A DNA stretch of 64,000 nt, from the NCBI GenBank assembly GCA_963789395.1, contig CAWBKP010000012.1, positions 160,001 to 224,000 of the forward strand. The letters are read 5' to 3'. Position 1 is the first letter of the stretch, and every line of letters begins with the position of its first letter. Below are positions 20,536-31,495 of the stretch, piece after piece. Position numbers and translations under genes: made by a program. The notes under the pieces are model-generated. The model was given only the letters and a program-made list of their open reading frames with translations, did no database searches and had not been told where the DNA came from. The DNA comes from an uncultured delta proteobacterium (GTDB lineage Bacteria > Desulfobacterota > Desulfobacteria > Desulfobacterales > Desulfatirhabdiaceae).

Positions 20536-22417
20536 TTGAATTTGGGACTGCTTGATAAAATCATATCACCGCTGGAATTAAAAAAAATCCCCCGATCGGA
20601 TCTGCCGGCTCTGGCAGCGGAGCTTCGTAAAACCATTGTCCAGGTGGTTTCCAAAAACGGGGGGCACCTGGCCTCCAGCCTGGGTGCTGTGGAATTGACC
20701 ATCGCCCTGCATTATGTTTTTGAAGCGCCCAAAGATAAAATCGTCTGGGATGTAGGCCATCAGTCCTATGCGCACAAGCTGTTGACCGGCAGAAAAGATC
20801 AGTTCCATACGCTTCGGCGGCACAACGGGATATCCGGTTTTACCCGTAGAAGCGAGAGCCCGTATGATACATTTTCAGCCGGACACAGCAGCACATCCAT
20901 CTCCGCCAGCCTGGGGATATCCTGCGCCAAACGGTTGAAAAACGACCCGGCAAAAGTCATCGCGGTGATCGGAGACGGATCACTGACAGCCGGCATGGCT
21001 TATGAAGGCCTCAATCAGGCCGGCGATATTCATAAGGATCTCATTGTCATCCTCAATGACAATGAGATGTCCATCAACCAGAATGTGGGGGCGCTTTCCT
21101 CCTTTCTGAGCCGGAAATTTTCCGCCAAGATGCTTCAGGATCTGCGCCGGGAATTCGGTGATTTTTTAAAATCGCTGCCCATGATCGGCGATGATATGTA
21201 TCAGTTTGCCAAACGATCCGAGGACTCATTCAAAACATTCATCACACCCGGCATGCTGTTTGAAGCGTTCAGTTTTGAATATTTCGGCCCCATCAACGGC
21301 CACAAGCTGGATCATCTGATCGATATCCTGAACAACATCAAAATGCTGAAAGAGCCGGTTCTCCTGCATGTCTCCACCACCAAAGGAAAGGGATACCTGC
21401 CGGCGGAAAAAAACCCCATTCATTTTCATGGCGTCGGCTGTTTTGAAATCGAGTCAGGCATCAGCAACGGCAGCAAACCCGCTGCGCCGAGTTATACCGA
21501 AGTATTTGGAAAGGCCATGATCAAGCTGGCTGAAACCAATAAAAAAATTGTGGCGATAACCGCCGCCATGCCCGAAGGAACCGGGCTGATCAAGTTTTCC
21601 GAAGCCTATCCGGACCGATTTTTTGATGTGGGCATTGCCGAACAGCATGGGGTGACCTTTTCCGCGGGAATGGCGACCGAAGGATTCAAGCCGGTTGTTG
21701 CCATTTATTCCACGTTTCTTCAGAGGGCTTATGATCAGATCCTTCATGATGTCTGTCTGGAAGCACTGCCGGTTGTCTTTGCCATTGACCGTGGCGGCAT
21801 TGTCGGAGAGGATGGATCGACCCATCACGGCCTGTTTGATTTTTCTTTCCTGAGAAGCCTTCCCAATATGGTGGTCATGGCCCCGAAAGATGAAAATGAG
21901 CTATGCGCCCTGCTGGCAACCGCCATTGCACATACAGGCCCGGTTGCCCTGCGTTACCCCCGCGGCGCCGGATGGGGCGTGAAAATGGATACCGAGTGGC
22001 CCCTGCTTCCCATCGGCAAGGCCGAAATACTGGCAGAATGGCGGCGATGTGCTGATTATTGCCATCGGCAGACCGGTCGGGGAAGCCATTCAGGCCTGTG
22101 AGACGCTTCTAAAGGAAGGCATATCGGCAACCCTGGTCAATGCCAGGTTTGTCAAACCCCTGGATGCCGGCTTGATCTGCTCCCTTGCCAAAAAAATCCC
22201 GCGCATTATCACCGTTGAAGAAAACGTGCTTCAGGGCGGATTCGGCAGCGCGGTCCTGGAATGTTTGAATGACAATGCCGTAACCGGATATCGCCTGACC
22301 CGTCTGGGAATTCCAGACACGTTTGTTGAGCACGGTCCCCAATCCCTGCTTCGGTCCAAATACGGCATCGACGCGGAGGCGATTGCGCAGGCATCCAGAC
22401 GGCTGCTGACGGTGTAG
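20536..22417 (+). CDS. dxs: 1-deoxy-D-xylulose-5-phosphate synthase; apparent +1 frameshift near 22039
   Basis: [31 protein letters not shown]-terminus ([16 protein letters not shown]) in ORF 22049..22417. Confidence 0.94.
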
Positions 22418-22419
22418 CC

Positions 22420-23163
22420 GTGGCTGAACCCAAAATGCGGCTGGATCGGCTCATGGTGGAAAAAGGGCTTGCCGCCAGCAGGCAGCGGGCCCAGGCCTTG
22501 ATCATGGCCGGAAATGTACTGGTAAACAGCCAGCCGGTCGAAAAATCCGGGTATTTGATATCAAAAGGCGCTGAAATCACGCTAAAAGGTGAAGTTCTTC
22601 CCTATGTCAGCAGAGGAGGACTCAAGCTGGAAAAGGCTTTGGCGTCGTTTGACGTATCCGTGCAAGGGCTGACCTGCCTGGATGTCGGCGCGTCCACGGG
22701 CGGGTTTACGGATTGCCTGCTTCAGCACGGCGCAGCGCGTGTGTATGCGGTGGATGTCGGTTACGGCCAGCTGGCCTGGCAGCTCAGGCAGGACAGCCGC
22801 GTAACTCTGATTGAGCGGATGAACATCCGGAACATGCCGCTGAACCTGCTGCCAGAACCGGTTGACCTGGTGACGATCGATGTATCCTTCATTTCCCTGA
22901 AAATCGTTGTTCCGGCCGTCGTGAAATTTACCCGTAAACCGGCCCGGATCATCGCATTGATCAAACCCCAGTTCGAGGTTGGAAAAGGCAAGGTTGGCAA
23001 AGGCGGCGTTGTTCGCGATCCGCTGCAGCACGAAAGCGTTATCGATGATCTGAACCGGTTCTTCATGGACACTGGATGGACCAGTGTTGCGGTTGTCCCC
23101 TCCCCTATTCTCGGCCCCAGCGGCAACAGGGAATTTCTCATTTATTTGATTCAAGCAGCCTAG
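22420..23163 (+). CDS. tlyA: TlyA-family rRNA 2'-O-methyltransferase
   Basis: S4 domain, YVSRGGLKL, DVGASTGGFTD, DVSFISL, KPQFE. Confidence 0.95.
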   Translation: MAEPKMRLDRLMVEKGLAASRQRAQALIMAGNVLVNSQPVEKSGYLISKGAEITLKGEVLPYVSRGGLKLEKALASFDVSVQGLTCLDVGASTGGFTDCLLQHGAARVYAVDVGYGQLAWQLRQDSRVTLIERMNIRNMPLNLLPEPVDLVTIDVSFISLKIVVPAVVKFTRKPARIIALIKPQFEVGKGKVGKGGVVRDPLQHESVIDDLNRFFMDTGWTSVAVVPSPILGPSGNREFLIYLIQAA

Positions 23164-23190
23164 CACCACCCCTGTTTTGCAAGCAATCTA

Positions 23191-23329
23191 CTCATTGGTC
23201 AACCAGAAATGGGAGGAACCGGAGAGCAATGCAAAACCCGCAATTGTAGGCGGACATGAGGAGCCGGATGAGTCGAGAGACTCAAGTTCGAATCTGTGAG
23301 GGCCTGGTGCGGGAGATTCCCCTGGGCTA
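23191..23329 (+). mobile_element. 5'-truncated, degenerate group II intron fragment (DIV remnant, DV, DVI)
   Basis: Near-identical to 31282-31419; DV-like GAGCCGGATGAGTCGAGAGACTCAAGTTCGAATC at 23261. Confidence 0.8.
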
Positions 23330-23540
23330 GGCAAGGGTTGACATTTCAAATTTATTACTTCACTATTTCTGAAAGCTGACCTAATTTTTACAGCAATGAA
23401 CCACAAAAATGAAATTGGTTCCACGGATTTCGATATACGGATTTTCCATTCAGACAAAAAGTAGCACAGCGTGAAAACGATTAATCGCGAAAAGGCACTC
23501 TCACTGCCGGGTTGAAGGCGGTGTGCGAGAGTGCCGGATA

Positions 23541-26500
23541 ATGGACAAAATGAAAATCATCTCACTCTCCCCGATGGACTATGATGCAGTTCTGTTCGAT
23601 CTCGACGGGGTTTTGACCAATACGGCAACTGTTCATGCGGCGGCATGGAAAAAACTGTTCGACAATTTTCTCGATCACCGTGCCTCCCAGGCAGGCGAGC
23701 CGTTTGCACCCTTTGATCTCGATACCGATTACCCGCACTATGTTGACGGAAAGCCGCGTTACGACGGTGTGATATCCTTTCTTGCTTCACGCAGGATCGA
23801 ATTGCCTCCGGGTTCTCCCGAAGACGGTCCTGATGTCCAGAGCGTGTGTGCACTGGGCAATCTGAAAGACCAGTATTTTATGCAACATCTGGAGCAGCAC
23901 GGCGTCGAGTCCTATGAGGCCTCCATAGCACTGGTGCGAAAACTCCGTGAGCTGAAAATCAAAACCGCAGTTGTATCCTCCAGCAGCAACTGCTCGGCGG
24001 TGCTTGATTCAGCAGGAATCTCGCAACTTTTCGATACGCGGGTGGATGGGGTGGACATCAGCCGACTCGATATTAAGGGCAAGCCGTCACCGGATTCTTT
24101 TCTGGAGGCGGCACGCCGCCTCGGAGTGGAACCTTCGCGCGTTGTCGTTGTGGAAGATGCCATTGCAGGGGTTGAGGCCGGGCACGCCGGTCGATTCGGC
24201 TGTGTGATCGGCGTCAATCGCAACAGACAAGCGAAGTCATTGCGCGATGCAGGCGCCGATGTCGTAGTAACCGATTTGTCGCAAGTCCGGGTGGCTCTGG
24301 AACCGCCTTCCAAGTGGTCACTTGTGTTTGATAACTTCGACCCTTCAAAGGAGGGTATCCGCGAAGCCTTGTGCGCCTTGGGGAATGGTTATTTTACAAC
24401 GCGCGGCGCCGCAACCTGGGCGATTACTGATAACATCTATTATCCAGGGACTTATCTTGCCGGCGGCTATAATCGGTTGCGAACCGATATTGCCGGACGC
24501 ATGGTCGAGAACGAAGATCTGGTGAATTTCCCCAACTGGTTGGCGCTCGGGTTTCGCATCGCCGATCAGGACTGGTTTGATTTACAGAACGTAAAGCTCC
24601 TGTCGTATCGCCAAGTTCTCGATTTGCGGCGCTGCATGCTGTTGCGACACATCACGTTCGAGGACAGCCAGGGACGGCGCAGCACGCTGAAGGAGCGGCG
24701 CCTGGTATCGATGCACGATATGCATCTGGGTGCCCTGGAATTCACGCTGACCGCCGACAACTGGTCCGCTTGCGTCACGGTGCGTTCGGCAATCGATGGC
24801 CGAGTCGTCAATGCGGGAGCGAAGCTGTACCGCAAATTCAACAACAAACACTTGGAACCGCTGGCAGCCAATGCCCTTGGCGATGACAGCGTGTATCTGC
24901 AGGTACAGACCTCTCAATCGCACATTCATGTTGGACAGGCAGCACGAACGCAAGCGTTCCTCAATGGGCAACTTCTTGAGGTACGACGCCGGGTCGTCGA
25001 AGCCTCTGGATACATCGGACAGGAATTCAAAGTTGATATCAAACAAGGGCAGACCCTGTTGCTGGAGAAGCTGGCCACTTTCTATACCTCTCGCGATCAT
25101 GCCATTTCGGAATGCGGACTGGCAGCGCGCAAGGCTATTGCTCGGGCAGGTCGTTTCGATGCGGCAATGTCGGATCACCTGATGGCCTGGAAACATCTAT
25201 GGCGCCGATTTGACGTGCGAATCCAGCCGGCCGATAACGGATTCAAAATGAACGTTCCGATGCTGCTTCACTTCAATATGTTCCATTTGCTACAGGCCGT
25301 ATCTCCCAACTCCATCGGGCTCGATATCGGTGTGCCTGCCCGGGGCTGGACCGGTGAAGCCTATCAGGGCCATATTTTCTGGGATGAACTGTTCATCTTC
25401 CCGTTTTTCAATTATCGCATGCCTGAAATCGCCCGTTCACTTCTGATGTACCGTTACCGGAGACTGGGCGAAGCGCGTGCCGCTGCGACTGCTGCCGGGT
25501 ATAAGGGAGCAATGTTCCCATGGCAGAGCGGAAGCAATGGCCAGGAGGAGACTCAGGAACTCAATCTGAACCCGCGTTCGCGACGCTGGGTGCCAGACAA
25601 CTCCTACTTGCAGCGCCATGTGGGCAGTGCCGTGGCTTATAATGTTTGGCAGTATTTCCAGGTCACTCATGATATCGAGTTTCTGCATTCCTATGGAGCG
25701 GAACTGATCCTTGATATCGCCTGCTTCTGGTCGAGCATCGCCAGCTTTGATGACGGGCGCGGGCGTTATGAGATCCGCGGTGTAATGGGGCCTGATGAAT
25801 ATCATGACGGCTATCCGGATTCAGCAACTCCTGGCCTGAATAACAACGCCTACACCAATATCATGGCCGTTTGGGTGCTCTGCCGGGCGCTTGAGGTGCT
25901 GGATCTGCTGTCCGAAATACGCCGGTCCGAACTTTCGACACGACTTGGCTTATCGGCAGCGGAAATCCACCGCTGGAGAGATATCAGCCGCAGGATGATT
26001 GTCCCGTTTCATGACAACGGTATCATCAGCCAGTTCGAGGGTTATGAAAATTTATTTGAACTCGACTGGGAGGCCTACCGGGCACGGTATGGCAATATTC
26101 AGCGGCTTGATCTAATCCTCGAGGCGGAAAATAACAGCGCCAACCGTTACAAGCTCTCGAAACAGGCGGATGTGCTGATGCTGTTTTATCTGTTTTCCGC
26201 TGAAGAACTCGGTGAAATATTCGAACGTTTGGGTTATCCATTCCAATATGAGACCATTCCGCGAAACATTGCCTACTATGTCGGTCGTGCGTCCTATGGC
26301 TCCACATTGTGCCGAGTGGCGCACGCCTGGGTTCTGGCGCGCTCCGACAGGAAGAAGCATGCAATGGACTTTTTTTTGGAAGCGCTTCAGAGCGACGTGA
26401 GCGATGTCCAGCACGGCACCACCGCAGAGGGCGTCCATCTCGGTGCAATGGCCGGAACTGTTGATCTGGTGCAGCGAGTATCGACTGGTATCGAAGTTAG

Positions 26501-26735
26501 AGGCAATGTGCTGTGGCTCAATCTGGGATTGCCTCGGGAGATGGAGCGGCTCAATATGCGGATACGCTACCGTAAACATTCGCTTGACCTTCGGCTAACG
26601 CGTGACACGCTCACGGTCCACGGGCGTGAAGGCGCGGCAGACCCGATTTCCCTGGGCTTTGCTGGTAAGGTTTATGAATTTTTCAGCGGAACTGCCCGTG
26701 TGTTTCGACTGAACGATGCTGCCGTGTCAGCCTGA
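23541..26735 (+). CDS. Beta-phosphoglucomutase-like HAD fused to a glycoside hydrolase family 65 (trehalose/maltose phosphorylase-like) domain
   Basis: FDLDGVLT, GKPSPD, EDA (HAD); LGNGY, ARGWTGEAYQGHIFWDE, MGPDEYH, KQAD (GH65). Confidence 0.9.
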   Translation: MDKMKIISLSPMDYDAVLFDLDGVLTNTATVHAAAWKKLFDNFLDHRASQAGEPFAPFDLDTDYPHYVDGKPRYDGVISFLASRRIELPPGSPEDGPDVQSVCALGNLKDQYFMQHLEQHGVESYEASIALVRKLRELKIKTAVVSSSSNCSAVLDSAGISQLFDTRVDGVDISRLDIKGKPSPDSFLEAARRLGVEPSRVVVVEDAIAGVEAGHAGRFGCVIGVNRNRQAKSLRDAGADVVVTDLSQVRVALEPPSKWSLVFDNFDPSKEGIREALCALGNGYFTTRGAATWAITDNIYYPGTYLAGGYNRLRTDIAGRMVENEDLVNFPNWLALGFRIADQDWFDLQNVKLLSYRQVLDLRRCMLLRHITFEDSQGRRSTLKERRLVSMHDMHLGALEFTLTADNWSACVTVRSAIDGRVVNAGAKLYRKFNNKHLEPLAANALGDDSVYLQVQTSQSHIHVGQAARTQAFLNGQLLEVRRRVVEASGYIGQEFKVDIKQGQTLLLEKLATFYTSRDHAISECGLAARKAIARAGRFDAAMSDHLMAWKHLWRRFDVRIQPADNGFKMNVPMLLHFNMFHLLQAVSPNSIGLDIGVPARGWTGEAYQGHIFWDELFIFPFFNYRMPEIARSLLMYRYRRLGEARAAATAAGYKGAMFPWQSGSNGQEETQELNLNPRSRRWVPDNSYLQRHVGSAVAYNVWQYFQVTHDIEFLHSYGAELILDIACFWSSIASFDDGRGRYEIRGVMGPDEYHDGYPDSATPGLNNNAYTNIMAVWVLCRALEVLDLLSEIRRSELSTRLGLSAAEIHRWRDISRRMIVPFHDNGIISQFEGYENLFELDWEAYRARYGNIQRLDLILEAENNSANRYKLSKQADVLMLFYLFSAEELGEIFERLGYPFQYETIPRNIAYYVGRASYGSTLCRVAHAWVLARSDRKKHAMDFFLEALQSDVSDVQHGTTAEGVHLGAMAGTVDLVQRVSTGIEVRGNVLWLNLGLPREMERLNMRIRYRKHSLDLRLTRDTLTVHGREGAADPISLGFAGKVYEFFSGTARVFRLNDAAVSA

Positions 26736-26967
26736 ATGGTTGGTTATTGAAATGCCAGATGGTTCAGAACCTGTCATCTAACTGTCCGTTAAGACCCAAG
26801 CATATCACATTTCGCCTGTATCAATAATGATGGCCGGATTTAACAACATTATGCAAGTATGCATAACTCCGATAAATAAAGAAGATGCGGGTAATGATTA
26901 TTCCTAATAAACTCCTAAGAGAAAGCTGTGCTCAGATTGAAGTGAAAACGGATGGGAGAATTTCGCA

Positions 26968-29128
26968 ATGATCAGCAAGAGTAACCGACCCGGTGATGCT
27001 ACTGAACTACGCAAAGAAGCCGAAGAGATCGCCAAAGAAAAAGCAGCACAATTGGCGGCAGATATAGAGAAACTCACTTCCGAAGAAATTCGGCAGATGC
27101 TCCACGAACTGCAAGTGCATCAGATTGAATTGGAGATGCAGAACGAGGAACTTCGCTTGGCGCAGACGAAACTTGACGCCTCCAGTGCGCGCTATTTCGA
27201 TCTCTACAACCTGGCACCGGTTGGTTATTTCACAGTCAGCGAAAAAGGGCTTATCTTGGAGGCCAATCTTACCGCCGCCACCCTGCTGGGCGTAAACCGG
27301 AAATCGCTGCTCAAGCAGCCGGTCTCACGGTTCATCCACAAAGAAGACCAGGATATTTACTACAAGTACCGCAAGCGGCTCATTAAAACTGGTATGGCGC
27401 AGGAATGCGATCTTCGGATGTTAGAAAATGATGGAACAATACACTGGGCACATCTGGCAGCAACCGTCGTGAATGATGCCGATGGTGCGCTTGTAGGCCG
27501 CATCGTGATGAGCGACATCACCGAGCGCAAGCGGGCAGAGGATGCGCTGAAAGTTTCGGAACTGCGCTTCCGCGCTGTGTCTCGTCTAAGCTCCGATTTC
27601 TCCTATTCATGCCGCCGTTTCGGCGATGGACAGTACGTGGTGGATTGGATTACTAACACTTTTTATGTCCTGACAGGAGTTTCGGAAGCCGAGCTAAAAG
27701 ATCTTCGCTGCTGGATGGCTCTGGCGCATCCTGAGGACCGTGACAGAGCTACCGAACCGTTGCGCCGATTACAACCGGGAGAGAGAGATACGAGGGAGTT
27801 TCGTATCGTGGCAAAAGACGGCCGGATTCTGACAGTCAGAAGCCATATGGAATGCGAAGCAGATCCTGCAGTTTTTGAAGGGTTACCCATCCATGGTGCT
27901 GTGCAAGATATAACTGAGTACAAGAAAATAGCAGCTGAAAATGCTGAGCTTGAATCCCAGAACCGGCAGCTTCAAAAGGCTGAAAGCCTGAGACGCATGG
28001 CCGGGGGCATTGCCCACCATTTCAACAACCAGCTCCATATTGTGATGGGAAGCCTCGAGATGGCCATGTCATGAATCTGCCCTGGGGATCAGGTCCAATT
28101 AAAAACTTGACCGTGGCCATGGAAGCTTCCAGCAAGAGCGGCGGAGATAAGCACCTTGATGTTGACCTATCTTGGTCAGACTCCCGGCAAACACGAACCC
28201 TTGGATCTTTCTGAAACCTGCCGCCGAAGTCTGACCCTGCTTCAGGCCGCAGCCCCGAAAGGGACACTCCTTAAGGCCGATTTCCCCAGTTTGGGCCCGG
28301 TCATCCATGCGAACGCGGGCCAGATACAGCAGATTCTGACCAACCTGGTCACCAATGCCTGGGAGTCCGCTGGCGAGAACCGTCGAGGTATCGGCCTGAC
28401 CGTCAAGACGGTTTCTCAGGCGGACATTCTTGCCTTAAAGCGTTTTCCCGTCGACTGGCAGCCTCGAGACCCTGTCTATGCCTGCCTGGAAGTTGCGGAT
28501 GCGGGCTGCGGCATCGATGAAGAAGATATCGAGAAGATCTTTGACCCGTTTTTCTCCACCAAGTTCACAGGCCGTGGTCTGGGCTTGCCGGTGGTATTAG
28601 GGATTGTGCGCGCTCATCACGGGGTAGTCACGGTGGAGAGCGAACCGGACCGGGGAAGTATTTTTCGGGTTTTTTTCCCGGTGTCGGCTGAAGAAGTTCC
28701 CCGACAGCCGGACAAAGCGGCTCAAACCCCGAAGACGCGAGAGGGCGGTACGGTGCTGGTGGTCGAAGACGAGGAACTCTTACGCTACATGGTCAAGGAG
28801 ATGCTGATGCACTTGGGTTTTACGGTGCTTGAGGCCGGGGACGGCATCGAGGCAGTGGAGGTGTTCCGGCAGCATCAGAATGAGATCTGCTGCGTCCTTT
28901 GCGATTTGACCATGCCGCGCATGGACGGCTGGGAGACGCTGGCAGCCCTTCGCAGCCAGTCGCCCGGGGTTCCGTTTGTCCTTTCCAGCGGATACGACGA
29001 AGCTCAGGTTATGGCAGGGGAACATCCCGAAAGTCCCAATGCCTTTCTTGGGTAAACCATATCAGCTTAAGATGCTTAAAAATACGATAAACCGTGTAAT
29101 AGCTGCAAATTTGAATTGTGAGATTTAG
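26968..29128 (+). CDS. PAS-domain hybrid sensor histidine kinase with receiver; frameshifts near 28070, 28137 and 29050
   Basis: ELQVHQIELEMQNEEL coil, two PAS domains, H-box GGIAHHFNN, N/G boxes (NLVTNA, DAGCGI, GRGLGL), receiver DLTMPRMDG; KPY tail lies in the next frame. Confidence 0.85.
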
Positions 29129-29382
29129 GCGTTGATGGTCGAAACGAAATAAGCGTATCCATAATGTGGTATCCCAAACTGAAGTATTCAAAAGTCCATT
29201 TTGTTACGTACATCCGTTAGAATCATTGAGTTTCAAATATGGTTTCTCACTGTTTCCGGAAGATCAACTATTCAAAACTACAAGGATCCAATATTAAAAA
29301 ATTACATCTTCTTTTCCATTGGACACCTCCAGATGAATTATAAATACACTCTTAAAAAAGTGTCTAAAAATTCCCTAACACC

Positions 29383-29553
29383 TCAGCGGCGCCGGACAGG
29401 TTGTTGAGTGTCTTGTTCGGATTCAGCTGAATGGCAGGAATGTATCTCAGCGCCCACTGTCAGAAAATCGTGCCAGCCAGGACCATGAAATGGATGCTGG
29501 CCGCAATCATCATTTTTTCGGCAATCAAATACACCTTGGAATTATTTAGATAA
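29383..29553 (+). pseudogene. C-terminal remnant of a TSUP/TauE (sulfite exporter) membrane protein
   Basis: APDRLLSVLFGFS*MAGMYLSAHCQKIVPARTMKWML resembles the TSUP C-terminus; no start codon; internal stop at 29428. Confidence 0.55.
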
Positions 29554-29808
29554 TCCTGCGCGAAGGCCACTTTTGATCGCTTTCAAAAGGACTACCGCGC
29601 GTAGATCCGGGAGGGATCACACAAATTATGATTCTTAGAACCGGCGCGCCATAAGGGCGGCTGTTACAGGAAGCGAAAATGCCGCCATTCATTTGACTTT
29701 CCTTATTCAAATCAATGGGTTTTCAAAATTTTCCGTTCATCCGACTTCACCCTCTCTTTCCTTCAACAGGTTGTACTTGGCGATCCGCATCGGGTGAAAC
29801 CGTGCTGG

Positions 29809-30324
29809 TCAACTTGCCGTTTTTTTGTGGGCGACCATGGGAACGACCAGAACGGGTATGGGGCTGTCCTGAAGAACTTTTCTGGCAATAGAGCCCATAA
29901 GGGTCGATTGAATCAAGCCCAGCCCGCGATTGCCAATTACCAGCATATCATATTGGCCGGTTCCCGCGTAGTGCAGAATACGCTCGACCGCCATGCCCGT
30001 TTCCACCATGACATCCTTTACAATCAGGCTACAGGCCGGAATCTGGTCAGCAGCCTCTGAACAGAACTGTTGGATGCCCGTCCGAATCTGCTTGATCAGA
30101 TCAATCTCGCTTTTTTCCCGAAGTTCTTCCACATCGCGGTATCCGGTAATTGCGAGCACAACCAGTTCGGCATTGGGGGGTAGTTTTTCAAAAACATATA
30201 AAACGCTCATGTCAGCATTGTACGATTCGGCAACGCTTACGGCGTATTCAAAGGCCCGGTTGGCATTGTCCGAAAGGTCGGTGGCAAACAGTATGTGCCG
30301 AATTGCAGGTTTGTTAAAAACCAT
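29809..30324 (-). CDS. Universal stress protein (UspA family)
   Basis: ILFATDLS, DMLVIGNRG, LMGSIARKVL..SPIPVLVV. Confidence 0.9.
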   Translation of the reverse strand: MVFNKPAIRHILFATDLSDNANRAFEYAVSVAESYNADMSVLYVFEKLPPNAELVVLAITGYRDVEELREKSEIDLIKQIRTGIQQFCSEAADQIPACSLIVKDVMVETGMAVERILHYAGTGQYDMLVIGNRGLGLIQSTLMGSIARKVLQDSPIPVLVVPMVAHKKTAS

Positions 30325-30778
30325 TTTATTTTTCTTCCTTCAGAGTTAATTTCAAAGGTCGTGGATCAAACGGAATATTTATAAAATATCAAGGCAAACA
30401 TCAATTAACAAAAAAAGCGCTTTAATATCTTCTTGATTTCCCTAAACCAAGAAATGACGATAATATGTGAACTCTTTTTGAGGTTCGAATACCATACAAA
30501 TGCGACTTTTTCCATGGGTTATATAAAAATAAATAATTTACAATTTAATTCGAGATGTTAGCTTAACCCCCATTTTCATCTATCGTTGTGCTTGTCCCGG
30601 GCATGGGAGATCCTGAGACCATGGTCCATTACCCGATGCGCCAATTTGTTTGACAAGCATGGCAGCATTATCATAGGGTATTTTTGGGTTGATGAAGTCA
30701 ACTGCTGCCGGAGTGACCAGTAGAGTTAATGATAAGTATCCTTAAATATTGCCAGACTCAAGGATATATGCAAGTAGT

Positions 30779-31425
30779 GTGCGCCACGAGCGCATTGTTT
30801 TATAATGTGCGCTTAACTGCGCAAGAGATGAGGGGAGGCCCCTCGGAGCCGGCTTGCAGGAGCAGGCTTCAAACCACCTTAAGCTGCGCTGGTAAAGAGC
30901 CAGGGTGGTGAGCGTTATGGAAAAGTCACGGCATAGGACTGTGGCAGGTACGTATCGGGAAGATGAGCGGAAGCGAACCACTGATGAGGTCTCGAAAATA
31001 TATAGGCGGTGTCAAATCCGAGGTTCATACTCGGTCTCGGGATAAGTGCAGAGGATACTGTCTACTGTCTGCGCGGCACCCGGCATAAAGGTGGCATGAT
31101 CCCGATATAGGCTCTTGAGCGGAACGTGGGAACCTGTCGTCTTGATGGCAAGGGAGCAATTCAAGTGGAGGCCCCACGAGAATGAGAGTACCGATGCGAG
31201 GCACAGGGACGGATTACCCCGTAGTAGTGATGAAGTCTCTGTAATGGAGGTGGAGCGAAGGGGGTAACAAGTCCAAATTTGCTTATTGGTCAACCAGAAA
31301 TGGGAGGAGCCGGAGAGCAATGCAAAACCCACAATCTGGGCGGACATGAGGAGCCGGATGAGTCGAGAGACTCACGTCCGTATCTGTGGAGGGCCTGGGG
31401 GTGGGACTCCCCTGGGCTACTCGAC
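30779..31425 (+). mobile_element. ORF-less group II intron (IIB, bacterial class D / RmInt1-like), ~647 nt
   Basis: 5' GTGCG at 30779 (GTGTG at 30777 is an alternative); class D-like DI blocks (GGTAAAGAGCC..GGTGGTGAGCGT, GAGAGTACCGATGC); DIII GTAATGG..GGAGCGAAGGGG; DV 31351-31384; DVI with bulged A 31419, ending TCGAC; no reverse transcriptase ORF. Confidence 0.88.
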
Positions 31426-31495
31426 GCATGACATTTCAAATGTAGCTGCGAGATTAGCTCTTGAGAAAACATAATTAAGCCTATAGGAGAGCTAA

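Noticed and set aside
26785..26805. CTAAC...GTTAAG as an integron attC site
   Set aside because: Only 5 nt separate the boxes; no L boxes, no array and no integrase
29428..29430. In-frame TGA in the TSUP remnant as a second Sec codon
   Set aside because: The position appears to correspond to Gly rather than Cys, the fragment has no start, and no SECIS-like hairpin is evident
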